Virus record (IMG/VR): IMGVR_UViG_3300044805_000178
Location: 1 to 59,258 of that record
Direction: 5' to 3' (one strand)
From: a virus
Taxonomy: Duplodnaviria > Caudoviricetes
DNA length: 59,258 bases
The notes under the pieces were generated by a model, which was not told the origin of the DNA, ran no database searches, and saw only the letters and a list, made by a program, of their open reading frames with translations. The position numbers and the translations under genes were made by a program. Of this stretch, positions 9,316 to 17,116 are shown in pieces (positions within the stretch are counted from its first letter, which is position 1; each line of letters starts with the position of its first letter).

Positions 9316-10247
9316 GCGACATGGATAATGAAGCGGTTGGCCCGGAGTCCGACAAGATTGCGGACACGGAAACCGATCTTCAGGTAGAGATCGTAGACGA
9401 TACTCCGCCTGAAGATAAAAATAGGCCCCGCCGTGCTGGTGAGCCCGATCTTCCAGAGGAAGACGAGGTATCTCAGTACAGCGATAAGGTCAAGAAGCGC
9501 ATAAGCAAGCTCAAGTACGAGTACCACGAAGAACGCCGTGCGAAAGAGGAGCTTGAGCGCCAGCAGTCTGCGCTTGCGGGCTATGCTAAGCAGGTTATGG
9601 CTGAAAATGCCAACCTGAAGAAGGCTCTGCATTCTGGTCAGTCGATTATCGCTGATCAGATGCAGACCCGGGTTGAGAGCGAACTTGAGGTTGCCAAGCG
9701 GCGTCTCAGGGAGGCTATGGAACTCGGGGACATCGATAAGCAGGTTGATGCACACAAGGACCTTGCGCGCCTCTCAATTGAGGCAGACAAGGTAAGGGGC
9801 TTCCGCCCCGTTGAGATTGAGGAATTCGAACCCGAACCTCCGCCTCAGTATCAGCCTCAAACCCCGCCGCCAACGCCGGATGCCCGGACGGTGGCATGGG
9901 CAAGAAAGAATACTTGGTTTGGTCGTGACCGCGAGATGACCGATTACGCGCGGCACATCCATGACCGACTTGTAGTTTTTGAGCGTATAGATCCCAGTAC
10001 CGAAGATTACTGGAATGCGCTCGACAGGGAAGTGCGTAAGCGCTACCCGCATATTGCTGCTGATGATGATTACGCCGATAGCAAGCCGACTCAGCAGAAC
10101 AAGAGTGTAGTGGTCGCTCCAGTAAAAAGAAATTCGACCCCACCACGCAAAATCCAGCTATCGGCATCCGAAGTTGCTATCGCTAAGCGCCTCGGATTGA
10201 CAATCGAGCAGTACGCTGCTGAAAAATTGAGGTCCATGAATGGATAA
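9312..10247 (+). CDS. Capsid scaffolding protein (putative)
   Basis: Acidic coiled-coil; WARKNTWFG; C-terminal AKRLGLTIEQYA; position before the capsid genes. Confidence 0.75.
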   Translation: MSDMDNEAVGPESDKIADTETDLQVEIVDDTPPEDKNRPRRAGEPDLPEEDEVSQYSDKVKKRISKLKYEYHEERRAKEELERQQSALAGYAKQVMAENANLKKALHSGQSIIADQMQTRVESELEVAKRRLREAMELGDIDKQVDAHKDLARLSIEADKVRGFRPVEIEEFEPEPPPQYQPQTPPPTPDARTVAWARKNTWFGRDREMTDYARHIHDRLVVFERIDPSTEDYWNALDREVRKRYPHIAADDDYADSKPTQQNKSVVVAPVKRNSTPPRKIQLSASEVAIAKRLGLTIEQYAAEKLRSMNG

Positions 10248-10692
10248 GCGCACACCTCGCGAAAGCGATAACCGCGAAGCATCTTCGCGCAAGAAGTCTT
10301 GGGCTCCGCCCACGGTTCTTCCCGAACCAGATAAGAAGGATGGCTGGCGTTATCGCTGGGTCCGCACCTCCACTCTGAATAGCTCGGACAACACAAATGT
10401 TTCGTCCAAGTTTCGTCAGGGATGGGAGCCTGTAAAGGCAGAGGAACATCCTGAAATAACTGTGTTGCGTGACCGTAATTCGGATTTCAAGGAAAATATT
10501 GAGGTTGGTGGCCTTCTTCTCTGCAAGGCCCCGGAAGAAACAATGACTGAGCGTGACACCTACTACCGTCAAACTGCCCAGAATCAGATGGTCTCCGTGG
10601 AAAACAACTTCATGCGTGAAAACGATCCGCGTATGCCGCTCTCCAAGCCGGAGATCACAACGCGGGTAACATTTGGCAAGGGCCGGGGTTAA
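10240..10692 (+). CDS. Head-module hypothetical protein
   Basis: YRWVR..GWEPV..VGGLLLCK pattern. Confidence 0.75.
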   Translation: MDKRTPRESDNREASSRKKSWAPPTVLPEPDKKDGWRYRWVRTSTLNSSDNTNVSSKFRQGWEPVKAEEHPEITVLRDRNSDFKENIEVGGLLLCKAPEETMTERDTYYRQTAQNQMVSVENNFMRENDPRMPLSKPEITTRVTFGKGRG

Positions 10693-10718
10693 CCCGGCTT
10701 TAAACAAGGTAAAAAAAC

Positions 10719-11354
10719 ATGGCTTCTACAGCAGCCCCCTATGGCCTGCGCCCTGTTAATCTTATCGGCGGTCAGCCCTATGCTGGCTCCACCCGTCTGA
10801 TCAAGATTGCAAATGCGTATGCCGCGAATATCTTCTACGGCCAGCCTGTAAGTATCAACGCTTCCGGCGTTGTTGTTGCAGAAACTGGCACCACCACCAT
10901 TGCCGCGACTGGCGTTGTTGGTGTTTTTGTTGGTTGCACCTTCACAGATCCGAATCTGAAGTACAAGCTCTTCCAGCAGTACTGGCCCTCGGGCACTGTC
11001 GCCACTGACGCTTTTGCGTATGTGGTGGATGATCCGGACGTTGTGATGCAGGTTCAGGCAGACGATACTGTCCCTCAGACATCGCTTGGCATCAATATCG
11101 GCTTCAGCACGTTCTCTGGTGACACTGCCACTGGCAACTCGGAAACATCTGCTGATGTGGCTTCCGCCGCCGTTACTGCAACGCTGCCGCTTCGCATCGT
11201 TGGCTTTGTTGACGGCCCGGAGTCTGCGGTTGGTGATGCTTTCACCGATCTTCTGGTCAAGTGGAACATGCCCGCCGCTGTTTCGAGCAATTCATCGAAC
11301 GCTGCGGTTACAATGACCTACGGTCATTCGTATATGAACCCGACTGGCGTGTAA
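10719..11354 (+). CDS. Capsid decoration/minor capsid protein (putative)
   Basis: APYGLRP start, beta-rich, immediately before the major capsid gene. Confidence 0.7.
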   Translation: MASTAAPYGLRPVNLIGGQPYAGSTRLIKIANAYAANIFYGQPVSINASGVVVAETGTTTIAATGVVGVFVGCTFTDPNLKYKLFQQYWPSGTVATDAFAYVVDDPDVVMQVQADDTVPQTSLGINIGFSTFSGDTATGNSETSADVASAAVTATLPLRIVGFVDGPESAVGDAFTDLLVKWNMPAAVSSNSSNAAVTMTYGHSYMNPTGV

Positions 11355-11370
11355 TAGGAGAATATAGAAA

Positions 11371-12282
11371 ATGGCTATTTCACGCGCACAACTTCTCAAG
11401 GAACTGCTTCCGGGTTTGAATGCCCTGTTCGGTCTTGAGTATAAGAAGTACGAAAACGAAGACGAGGCTGTCTACGAAACAGAAACCTCCGAGCGTTCGT
11501 TTGAAGAGGAACTGAAGCTTTCGGGCTTCGGCACTGCCCCGGTTAAGGCCGAAGGCTCTGCCATCTCCTATGATAACGCGCAGGAAGTCTGGACTGCCCG
11601 TTACAACCACGAAACAATCGCTATGGGCTTCTCCATCACCGAAGAGGCGATGGAAGATAACCTCTACGATTCGCTCTCCTCGCGTTACACCAAGGCTCTC
11701 GCCCGTTCGATGGCCTACACGAAGCAGGTTAAGGCGGCTTTCCCGCTGAACAACGGCTTCTCTGGTGGTTCGTTTGTGTCGGGTGACGGCGTCACGTTGT
11801 TTAACACTGCCCACCCTCTGGTGTCTGGTGCCACAAACAACAACACGCAGTCCACCCCCGCCGATCTGAACGAGACCTCGCTTGAGGCCGCTGTGATTCA
11901 GATTGCTGGTTGGAAGGACGAGCGCGGTCTGCTTATTGCGGCTCGCCCGCGTAAGCTGATCGTTCCGCCGAACCTGATGTTCGTGGCTACGCGCCTGCTG
12001 GAGACTGAACTCCGCACAGCAACTGCCGACAACGACATCAACGCGATCAAGACCAACGGCACGATCCCGGAAGGTTACTCTGTAAACCACTACCTTACAG
12101 ACACCGACTCCTACTACCTCTGCACGGACGTTCCGAACGGCATGAAGCACTTCGTTCGTACACCGATGTCTACGTCTATGGATGGCGACTTCGATACAGG
12201 CAACGTGCGGTATAAGGCCCGTGAGCGTTACTCCTACGGCGTGTCAGATCCGCTCGGCATCTGGGGCTCCCCCGGCGCTTAA
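11371..12282 (+). CDS. Major capsid protein (Mu gpT-like, HK97 fold)
   Basis: MAISRAQLLKELLPGLNALFG, FSITEEAMEDNLY, KLIVPP, DFDTGNVRYKARERYS; strong SD; terminator follows. Confidence 0.92.
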   Translation: MAISRAQLLKELLPGLNALFGLEYKKYENEDEAVYETETSERSFEEELKLSGFGTAPVKAEGSAISYDNAQEVWTARYNHETIAMGFSITEEAMEDNLYDSLSSRYTKALARSMAYTKQVKAAFPLNNGFSGGSFVSGDGVTLFNTAHPLVSGATNNNTQSTPADLNETSLEAAVIQIAGWKDERGLLIAARPRKLIVPPNLMFVATRLLETELRTATADNDINAIKTNGTIPEGYSVNHYLTDTDSYYLCTDVPNGMKHFVRTPMSTSMDGDFDTGNVRYKARERYSYGVSDPLGIWGSPGA

Positions 12283-12301
12283 TCGCCCCCTACAACTTAA
12301 G

Positions 12302-12326
12302 AAAAGGCCCCTTCGGGGGCCTTTTT
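12302..12326 (+). terminator. Rho-independent terminator after the major capsid gene
   Basis: AAAAGGCCCC-TTCG-GGGGCCTTTTT. Confidence 0.92.
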
Positions 12327-12357
12327 ATTTGTGTTAAAATTTAAGTACCCCCAACAC

Positions 12358-12436
12358 TTGGGAACCGGGCAACCCGGCCTTTCAGACTGTCCCGGCAGAC
12401 GCTTGCAGAGACTGACTGGTCAAAATCCTGCAAGGA
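12358..12436 (+). ncRNA. Structured, pseudoknotted element downstream of the gpT-like capsid gene (possible Mu-gpT-DE motif)
   Basis: CCGGG/CCCGG hairpin; TCAG/CTGA; CTTGCAG(12402)/CTGCAAG(12428) crossing helix; genomic context. Confidence 0.55.
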
Positions 12437-12443
12437 TAATACA

Positions 12444-12932
12444 ATGGCTATCACTACATTTTCGGGTCCGGTACGGTCCCTCGCTGGTTTCATTTCTGGC
12501 ACCGACTCGGTTGCCGCCTCTGTCACCAGTGCCACACTTGTCATCACAGCGGCCAATGGCCTCGCTGATGCCTACAATGGTGAGCTTATCCCCCTTAACC
12601 GCGCTGGCGGCATGACCGTTACACTCCCTGCCTCTACTGGCTCGCAGGCTGTCTATCGCTTCATTGTCGGCACCACGTTTACAAGCAGCGGTATTATTCA
12701 GGTTGCGAACGCCTCCGACACATTCAACGGCACGGCTTCGGTTGGTGGCGCTACAGCCTCGGTTTTTGGCACGCTCCCCGCGTCCGACACCCTTACAATG
12801 AATGGCTCCACAACTGGTGGTCTCGCTGGCAGCTATATTGAGTGCTACGATGCTGCCGCTGGTGATTGGATCGTGACGGCCAATCTTGTTGGCTCTGGCT
12901 CCCCTGCCACGCCCTTCAGCGCCGCTGTTTAA
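12444..12932 (+). CDS. Virion structural protein
   Basis: MAITTFSGPVRS start; Ala/Thr/Gly-rich. Confidence 0.75.
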   Translation: MAITTFSGPVRSLAGFISGTDSVAASVTSATLVITAANGLADAYNGELIPLNRAGGMTVTLPASTGSQAVYRFIVGTTFTSSGIIQVANASDTFNGTASVGGATASVFGTLPASDTLTMNGSTTGGLAGSYIECYDAAAGDWIVTANLVGSGSPATPFSAAV

Positions 12933-12977
12933 TGATCTGGCGGGGTTTCGGCCCCGTCAAACCCATATGGAGAGGCC

Positions 12978-13301
12978 ATGACCACAACTTCTTTGGCGAA
13001 GGATCACCTAAATCATGCGATTCAGGCGCTCCTTCCTTCCACCACACAGACCGTGGCGATCAGCGGTTCAAGCGCGGCAACAGCAAACGCGCTCAGCAAA
13101 AACACGGTTGTGATTCGTGTTCTTGCAACCACTGCGTGTTTCATCAACATCGGCACTGGAACCCCGACCGCAACAACGGCAAACATGCCTATCGCGGCAA
13201 ATATTCCTGAGTATTTCCGTGTAAACGGCTACGAAACTATTAAGGTTGCCGGGATTCAGCTTAGCGCCAGTGGCAATCTTTATATCACAGAGATGCTCTG
13301 A
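12978..13301 (+). CDS. Virion structural protein (beta-rich)
   Basis: SD GGAGAG; ends GNLYITEML. Confidence 0.7.
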   Translation: MTTTSLAKDHLNHAIQALLPSTTQTVAISGSSAATANALSKNTVVIRVLATTACFINIGTGTPTATTANMPIAANIPEYFRVNGYETIKVAGIQLSASGNLYITEML

Positions 13302-13444
13302 TGTTTTATGGGGCGGTCGGAAGAGTTGGTATCAGAGGCTTATTTGGTGGCGCTCCTCCCGGACCATCGGGCAATGGGCTTGTGTGGGACACGGGCAATT
13401 ATCTGATCTGGGGATCGGGCAACTATCTTACTTGGGGACCATAA
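13301..13444 (+). CDS. 47-aa ORF with three GNxLxW repeats (below the ORF-track cutoff)
   Basis: TGATG overlap with the upstream stop; fills the gap to the fibre gene. Confidence 0.65.
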   Translation: MFYGAVGRVGIRGLFGGAPPGPSGNGLVWDTGNYLIWGSGNYLTWGP

Positions 13445-13447
13445 CAC

Positions 13448-14590
13448 ATGGCCGACATTAATCTGAAGACCGAAACGCCAGACACCACGCTGCCCACCAC
13501 AGGCTTCCTGTTTGGTGCAGACAGTCAGGCTGCTGCATCGCCGAGTGTTTATACCACGCAAGCGGTTGCAACCACACTGCTTGGCTCCACGACACTCTCA
13601 GGCGCAACCATCACCGCCGACGCACCCGTGCTGAATATGTCCCAGACATGGAACAACGCGGCGGTTACGTTCACCGGGCTGAAGTATAACGCCACCGACA
13701 CGGCAAGCAATGCGGCTTCGCTGCTGATGGACTTGCAGGTGGGTGGAACAAGCCAGTTGCGCATAGATAAAACTGGCCGCATCGTCGTTCCTGTTGGCGG
13801 GCAATCAACCCCATTTTTAGCTAACGTAACAGATCAGACAAGCCGCTTGTTTTGGGAAAGCGCTTATGTTTTTGGTCTTGCGCTTGGTGGGACATATACT
13901 TTCAGCGCAACGCTTTCTGGCGTCAAAATACCAAGCGATGATTATTATGCTTGGACAAGTTCCTCTGCGGCGTCGGGAGTAGCAGACCTCTTCCTCACCC
14001 GCCGTGGAGCCGCCAACCTCCGCTTTGGCGCTGCTGATGCTGCCGCACCCGTAGCGCAGACGCTCTCCGTCCAGTCGGTCGTTGCTGGCACAACGAACAC
14101 CGCTGGCGCGAACCTCACCATCACTGGCTCTCAAGGTACAGGCACGGGCGCTGGCGGCTCCATCATCTTCCAAGTCGCCCCGGCTGGTTCGTCGGGATCG
14201 GCGCAGAATGCGCTGGCTACGGCGCTGACGATTGCTAGCACCACCGATGCGACGTTTGCAAATGCAGTTAATGCTGGTGCAACGTCACATATTGGGTTTT
14301 CTTCCCGCTCACGACTGTCATCTCCAGCCGACGGCGTAATTCGTTTTTCAAATAACGCCTCAGCCGACTTCGACCGCCTCCAGTTCGGCGGCACCACCTC
14401 CTCCTTCCCCGCCCTCAAGCGGTCCAGCACCACGCTACAGGCTCGCCTTGCGGATGACACCGCCTTCGCATCCGTGCAGGGCAAGCTGACCACCGACACC
14501 GCCTACACGGCAGGATCTATTGTTGTGACAGGATACCTCACCCTTTACGACAGCACCGGAACTGCATACCGCGTGCCGTGTGTCGTTTAA
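13448..14590 (+). CDS. Tail fibre/spike protein
   Basis: Ala/Thr/Gly/Ser-rich; GANLTITGSQGTGTGAGGSI; C-terminal YRVPC. Confidence 0.75.
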   Translation: MADINLKTETPDTTLPTTGFLFGADSQAAASPSVYTTQAVATTLLGSTTLSGATITADAPVLNMSQTWNNAAVTFTGLKYNATDTASNAASLLMDLQVGGTSQLRIDKTGRIVVPVGGQSTPFLANVTDQTSRLFWESAYVFGLALGGTYTFSATLSGVKIPSDDYYAWTSSSAASGVADLFLTRRGAANLRFGAADAAAPVAQTLSVQSVVAGTTNTAGANLTITGSQGTGTGAGGSIIFQVAPAGSSGSAQNALATALTIASTTDATFANAVNAGATSHIGFSSRSRLSSPADGVIRFSNNASADFDRLQFGGTTSSFPALKRSSTTLQARLADDTAFASVQGKLTTDTAYTAGSIVVTGYLTLYDSTGTAYRVPCVV

Positions 14591-14603
14591 TTCAGGAGAA
14601 CCT

Positions 14604-14822
14604 ATGATCAACCTCACCCTCTCTCAAGACGAAGTACAGGCCCTCGGCGCGCTGCTAGACGCCGCCGTCAAGGCGACAGGCATCCAAGGAGCCAAAGCTG
14701 CCGTGCCGATCTACGTCAAGCTGGAAGCCGCAGTGGCCGAAGCCAACGCACCGAAGTCCAACGTGACGCCAGACTTCAAAGGCGTACCGCTCAACGCAAT
14801 TGAACCGCAGGAGACTGAATAA
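14604..14822 (+). CDS. Fibre-associated chaperone-like protein
   Basis: SD AGGAG; helical LLDAAVKATG. Confidence 0.6.
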   Translation: MINLTLSQDEVQALGALLDAAVKATGIQGAKAAVPIYVKLEAAVAEANAPKSNVTPDFKGVPLNAIEPQETE

Positions 14823-15217
14823 TGGCCCTTGTCAATTACGGGGTTGTCAGCCCCTCCCTCACGCTCACGGTGCAGATGGAACTGTCTGACGCCGACAGCG
14901 AGCGCATCGTGGCCTATCTCATGGCCGCAACGCCCTACGGCACCGTGACTGAGAACGTCATCACCGACATTCCCAACCCCGCATGGTCGCCCGATCAGCC
15001 CGACCCGCTGGACCCGCCCGAGTTCATCCAGCAGCAGGCATGGGTATCCCGCCCCGCCACGCCGGAAGAGGCTGTGACTGCTTATGCGGAAAGCGTGATG
15101 AACAGCATCCTCCAGCAGGCCTACCAGTGGGACCAGCAGCAGGCCGCAGCAGAAGCCGCAGCCATCGTGCCGCCGATCACGCCAATCCAGCCTCCTGCGC
15201 CTGTTCCGCCTGTTTGA
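14822..15217 (+). CDS. Hypothetical protein (fibre-associated)
   Basis: TAATG coupling; Pro-rich. Confidence 0.65.
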   Translation: MALVNYGVVSPSLTLTVQMELSDADSERIVAYLMAATPYGTVTENVITDIPNPAWSPDQPDPLDPPEFIQQQAWVSRPATPEEAVTAYAESVMNSILQQAYQWDQQQAAAEAAAIVPPITPIQPPAPVPPV

Positions 15218-15241
15218 TTTAATATCTTGCGGGGCCTTAAA

Positions 15242-15508
15242 ATGGCAAAATCTTCAACTAAAAAGTTTAAAACCCCGTCTTGGCAAAGATCAGAAGGCCA
15301 AAGCAAAAGCGGAGGTTTAAACGCCAAAGGCCGTGCCTCCGCAAAGAAGCAGGGTATGAACCTCAAGCCTCCGCAGCCTGAAGGTGGTGCCCGCAAGAAG
15401 TCATTCTGCGCCCGGATGAGCGGTATGAAGAAGAAACTCACCTCTTCTAAAACTGCCAAAGACCCCAACAGCCGCATCAATAAATCCCTCCGCGCGTGGA
15501 ATTGTTAA
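15242..15508 (+). CDS. Basic protein (DUF6321-like)
   Basis: GGLNAKGRAS..RKKSFCARMSG..SRINKSLRAWNC; family recalled, not searched. Confidence 0.75.
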   Translation: MAKSSTKKFKTPSWQRSEGQSKSGGLNAKGRASAKKQGMNLKPPQPEGGARKKSFCARMSGMKKKLTSSKTAKDPNSRINKSLRAWNC

Positions 15509-15880
15509 ATGGGACGCACCAACGAAGCATTGTGGTCGAGGGCTAAGGCGGAAGCTAAGGCAAAGATGGGCGGGAAGCATTCTGCCCGGGCTATGCAGCT
15601 TGCTGGAAAGATCTACAAAAGCAAGGGTGGTGGATATTCTGGCGAAAAAACCTCCGCCCAGAAGTCCATGAGCAAGTGGTCCAAGGAAGATTGGGGCACA
15701 AAGAGCGGGAAGCCCTCCGGCAAGACTGGAGAGCGCTATCTCCCAAAGAAAGCCCGCGAATCTCTCACCTCGAAAGAATACGCCGCCACAACCAAGGCGA
15801 AGCGTGAAGGCACAAAGAAGGGCAAGCAGTTTGTCCCGCAACCCAAAAAGATAGCCGCAAAAACGGCGAGGTTTCGGTAA
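15509..15880 (+). CDS. Basic protein (DUF5872-like)
   Basis: SARAMQLA..YKSKGGGY, KWSKEDW, ERYLPKKA, GKQFVPQP; family recalled, not searched. Confidence 0.75.
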   Translation: MGRTNEALWSRAKAEAKAKMGGKHSARAMQLAGKIYKSKGGGYSGEKTSAQKSMSKWSKEDWGTKSGKPSGKTGERYLPKKARESLTSKEYAATTKAKREGTKKGKQFVPQPKKIAAKTARFR

Positions 15881-15882
15881 AA

Positions 15883-16098
15883 ATGGACAAAGTTGAAGTT
15901 TCGGTTGCGAGAATGGAAGTGCAGGTAGAGCGTCTGGAGAAGGATGTTGCCGAAATGAAAAGCGACATCAAGTCAATTCTTGCAACCCTTGATAAAGCAA
16001 GCGGTGGCTGGAAGATGCTTATGCTTGTTGGTGGATTGTCTGCCGCAATCGGTGGCTTTATGACAAAGATCATGACCGTCTGGCCTTTTGGTAGGTAG
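15883..16098 (+). CDS. Coiled-coil plus TM protein (holin/XhlA-like)
   Basis: N-terminal heptads, one C-terminal TM segment, precedes the endolysin. Confidence 0.6.
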   Translation: MDKVEVSVARMEVQVERLEKDVAEMKSDIKSILATLDKASGGWKMLMLVGGLSAAIGGFMTKIMTVWPFGR

Positions 16099-16099
16099 C

Positions 16100-16525
16100 A
16101 TGGAATTCTCGAAATCATCTTTGGCGAAACTTAAAGGGGTGCATCCGGATCTTGTCCGGGTTGTTATGCGTTGTGCGAAAGACTGGGGTGATGAAGAATT
16201 CACATTCGGCATTACATGCGGACCCCGCACTCTCGAAGAGCAAAAGATCCTCGTGAAGAAGGGGGCATCCAAAACACTTCGTTCCCGGCACATCCCTGCC
16301 GCGAATAGCTTCGCTCACGCGATTGATGTTGTGGCCATGCTTGATGGCAAGGTTCGTTGGGATTGGCCATTGTATGATAAGATAGCTAAGGCCATGAAGG
16401 CTGCGGCCAAAGCAGAGGAGGTCCTGCTTGAATGGGGCGGTGATTGGACCTCTTTCAAGGACGGACCTCACTATCAACTGCCGTGGAAGGAATATCCCGG
16501 CACTAAAACAGGAAGCAAGAAATGA
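16100..16525 (+). CDS. Endolysin, M15 family peptidase
   Basis: LKGVHPDL, RTLEEQ, SRH......AID, EWGGDW..FKDGPHYQL. Confidence 0.9.
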   Translation: MEFSKSSLAKLKGVHPDLVRVVMRCAKDWGDEEFTFGITCGPRTLEEQKILVKKGASKTLRSRHIPAANSFAHAIDVVAMLDGKVRWDWPLYDKIAKAMKAAAKAEEVLLEWGGDWTSFKDGPHYQLPWKEYPGTKTGSKK

Positions 16526-16683
16526 CGAAGGATATGGTTTGGGGCATCGCTCGCGCTGTGCTTGCGGCTGGTAGCGGTTATCTTGTTGGTACTGGCCTGA
16601 TTGATCAGGCTATGGCCTCTGAGATTATCGGTGCCATCGGTGTGATCTTCACAGCCGCTTGGTCGGTCTGGTCGAAGAAGTGA
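16522..16683 (+). CDS. 53-aa two-TM putative holin (below the ORF-track cutoff)
   Basis: MTKDMVWGIARAVLAAGSGYLVG...AAWSVWSKK; ATGA overlap. Confidence 0.7.
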   Translation: MTKDMVWGIARAVLAAGSGYLVGTGLIDQAMASEIIGAIGVIFTAAWSVWSKK

Positions 16684-16919
16684 CATGGATTGAGGCGGCG
16701 CTGCTTGCGGCTGCTCTCATTGGCGTGGTTGCTGGTGGGTTCCTCGTCGCACAGCGCCCCTCATTTTGGTTTGGTCTCGGCACTGTGATGCTCCGTGCCG
16801 GGATGCCACATTTGATTGAATATATCACCAAAAGAATGCCTCCAGAGCAGGAAGCCGAATGGCGTAAGTGTGAGCTTCGGGGTGGTAGGTGGAACCACAG
16901 AAAAAAGCGGTGTGAATGA
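16680..16919 (+). CDS. Membrane protein (lysis module)
   Basis: GTGA overlap; N-terminal TM segment. Confidence 0.6.
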   Translation: MTWIEAALLAAALIGVVAGGFLVAQRPSFWFGLGTVMLRAGMPHLIEYITKRMPPEQEAEWRKCELRGGRWNHRKKRCE

Positions 16920-17116
16920 TGGCTATAGGTCGCGGAAATATGGGCAAGCAAACCACCCGCCCCGGCAAGGTCAGCAGGGTAATGAAAGAATTTAAGGTGG
17001 GAAGCCTCAAATCTAGTTCTGGCCAGAAGGTGAAGAAGAAGAAGCAGGCCATCGCCATTGCGCTCTCTGAGGCGCGCAGACCCCGCAGACCCCGCCGTCC
17101 GAAGAGAACGCTTTGA
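16916..17116 (+). CDS. Small basic protein (DUF6496-like)
   Basis: KVSRVMKEFKVGSLKSSSG..KQAIAIALSEAR; family recalled, not searched. Confidence 0.75.
   Translation: MMAIGRGNMGKQTTRPGKVSRVMKEFKVGSLKSSSGQKVKKKKQAIAIALSEARRPRRPRRPKRTL

Noticed and set aside
10689-10703. CtrA box TTAA-N7-TTAA upstream of the capsid genes
   Set aside because: A single copy is about what chance predicts, and it overlaps a stop codon and a hairpin
11380-12150. 256-aa antisense ORF in the capsid gene
   Set aside because: Expected from the strong codon bias of the major capsid gene
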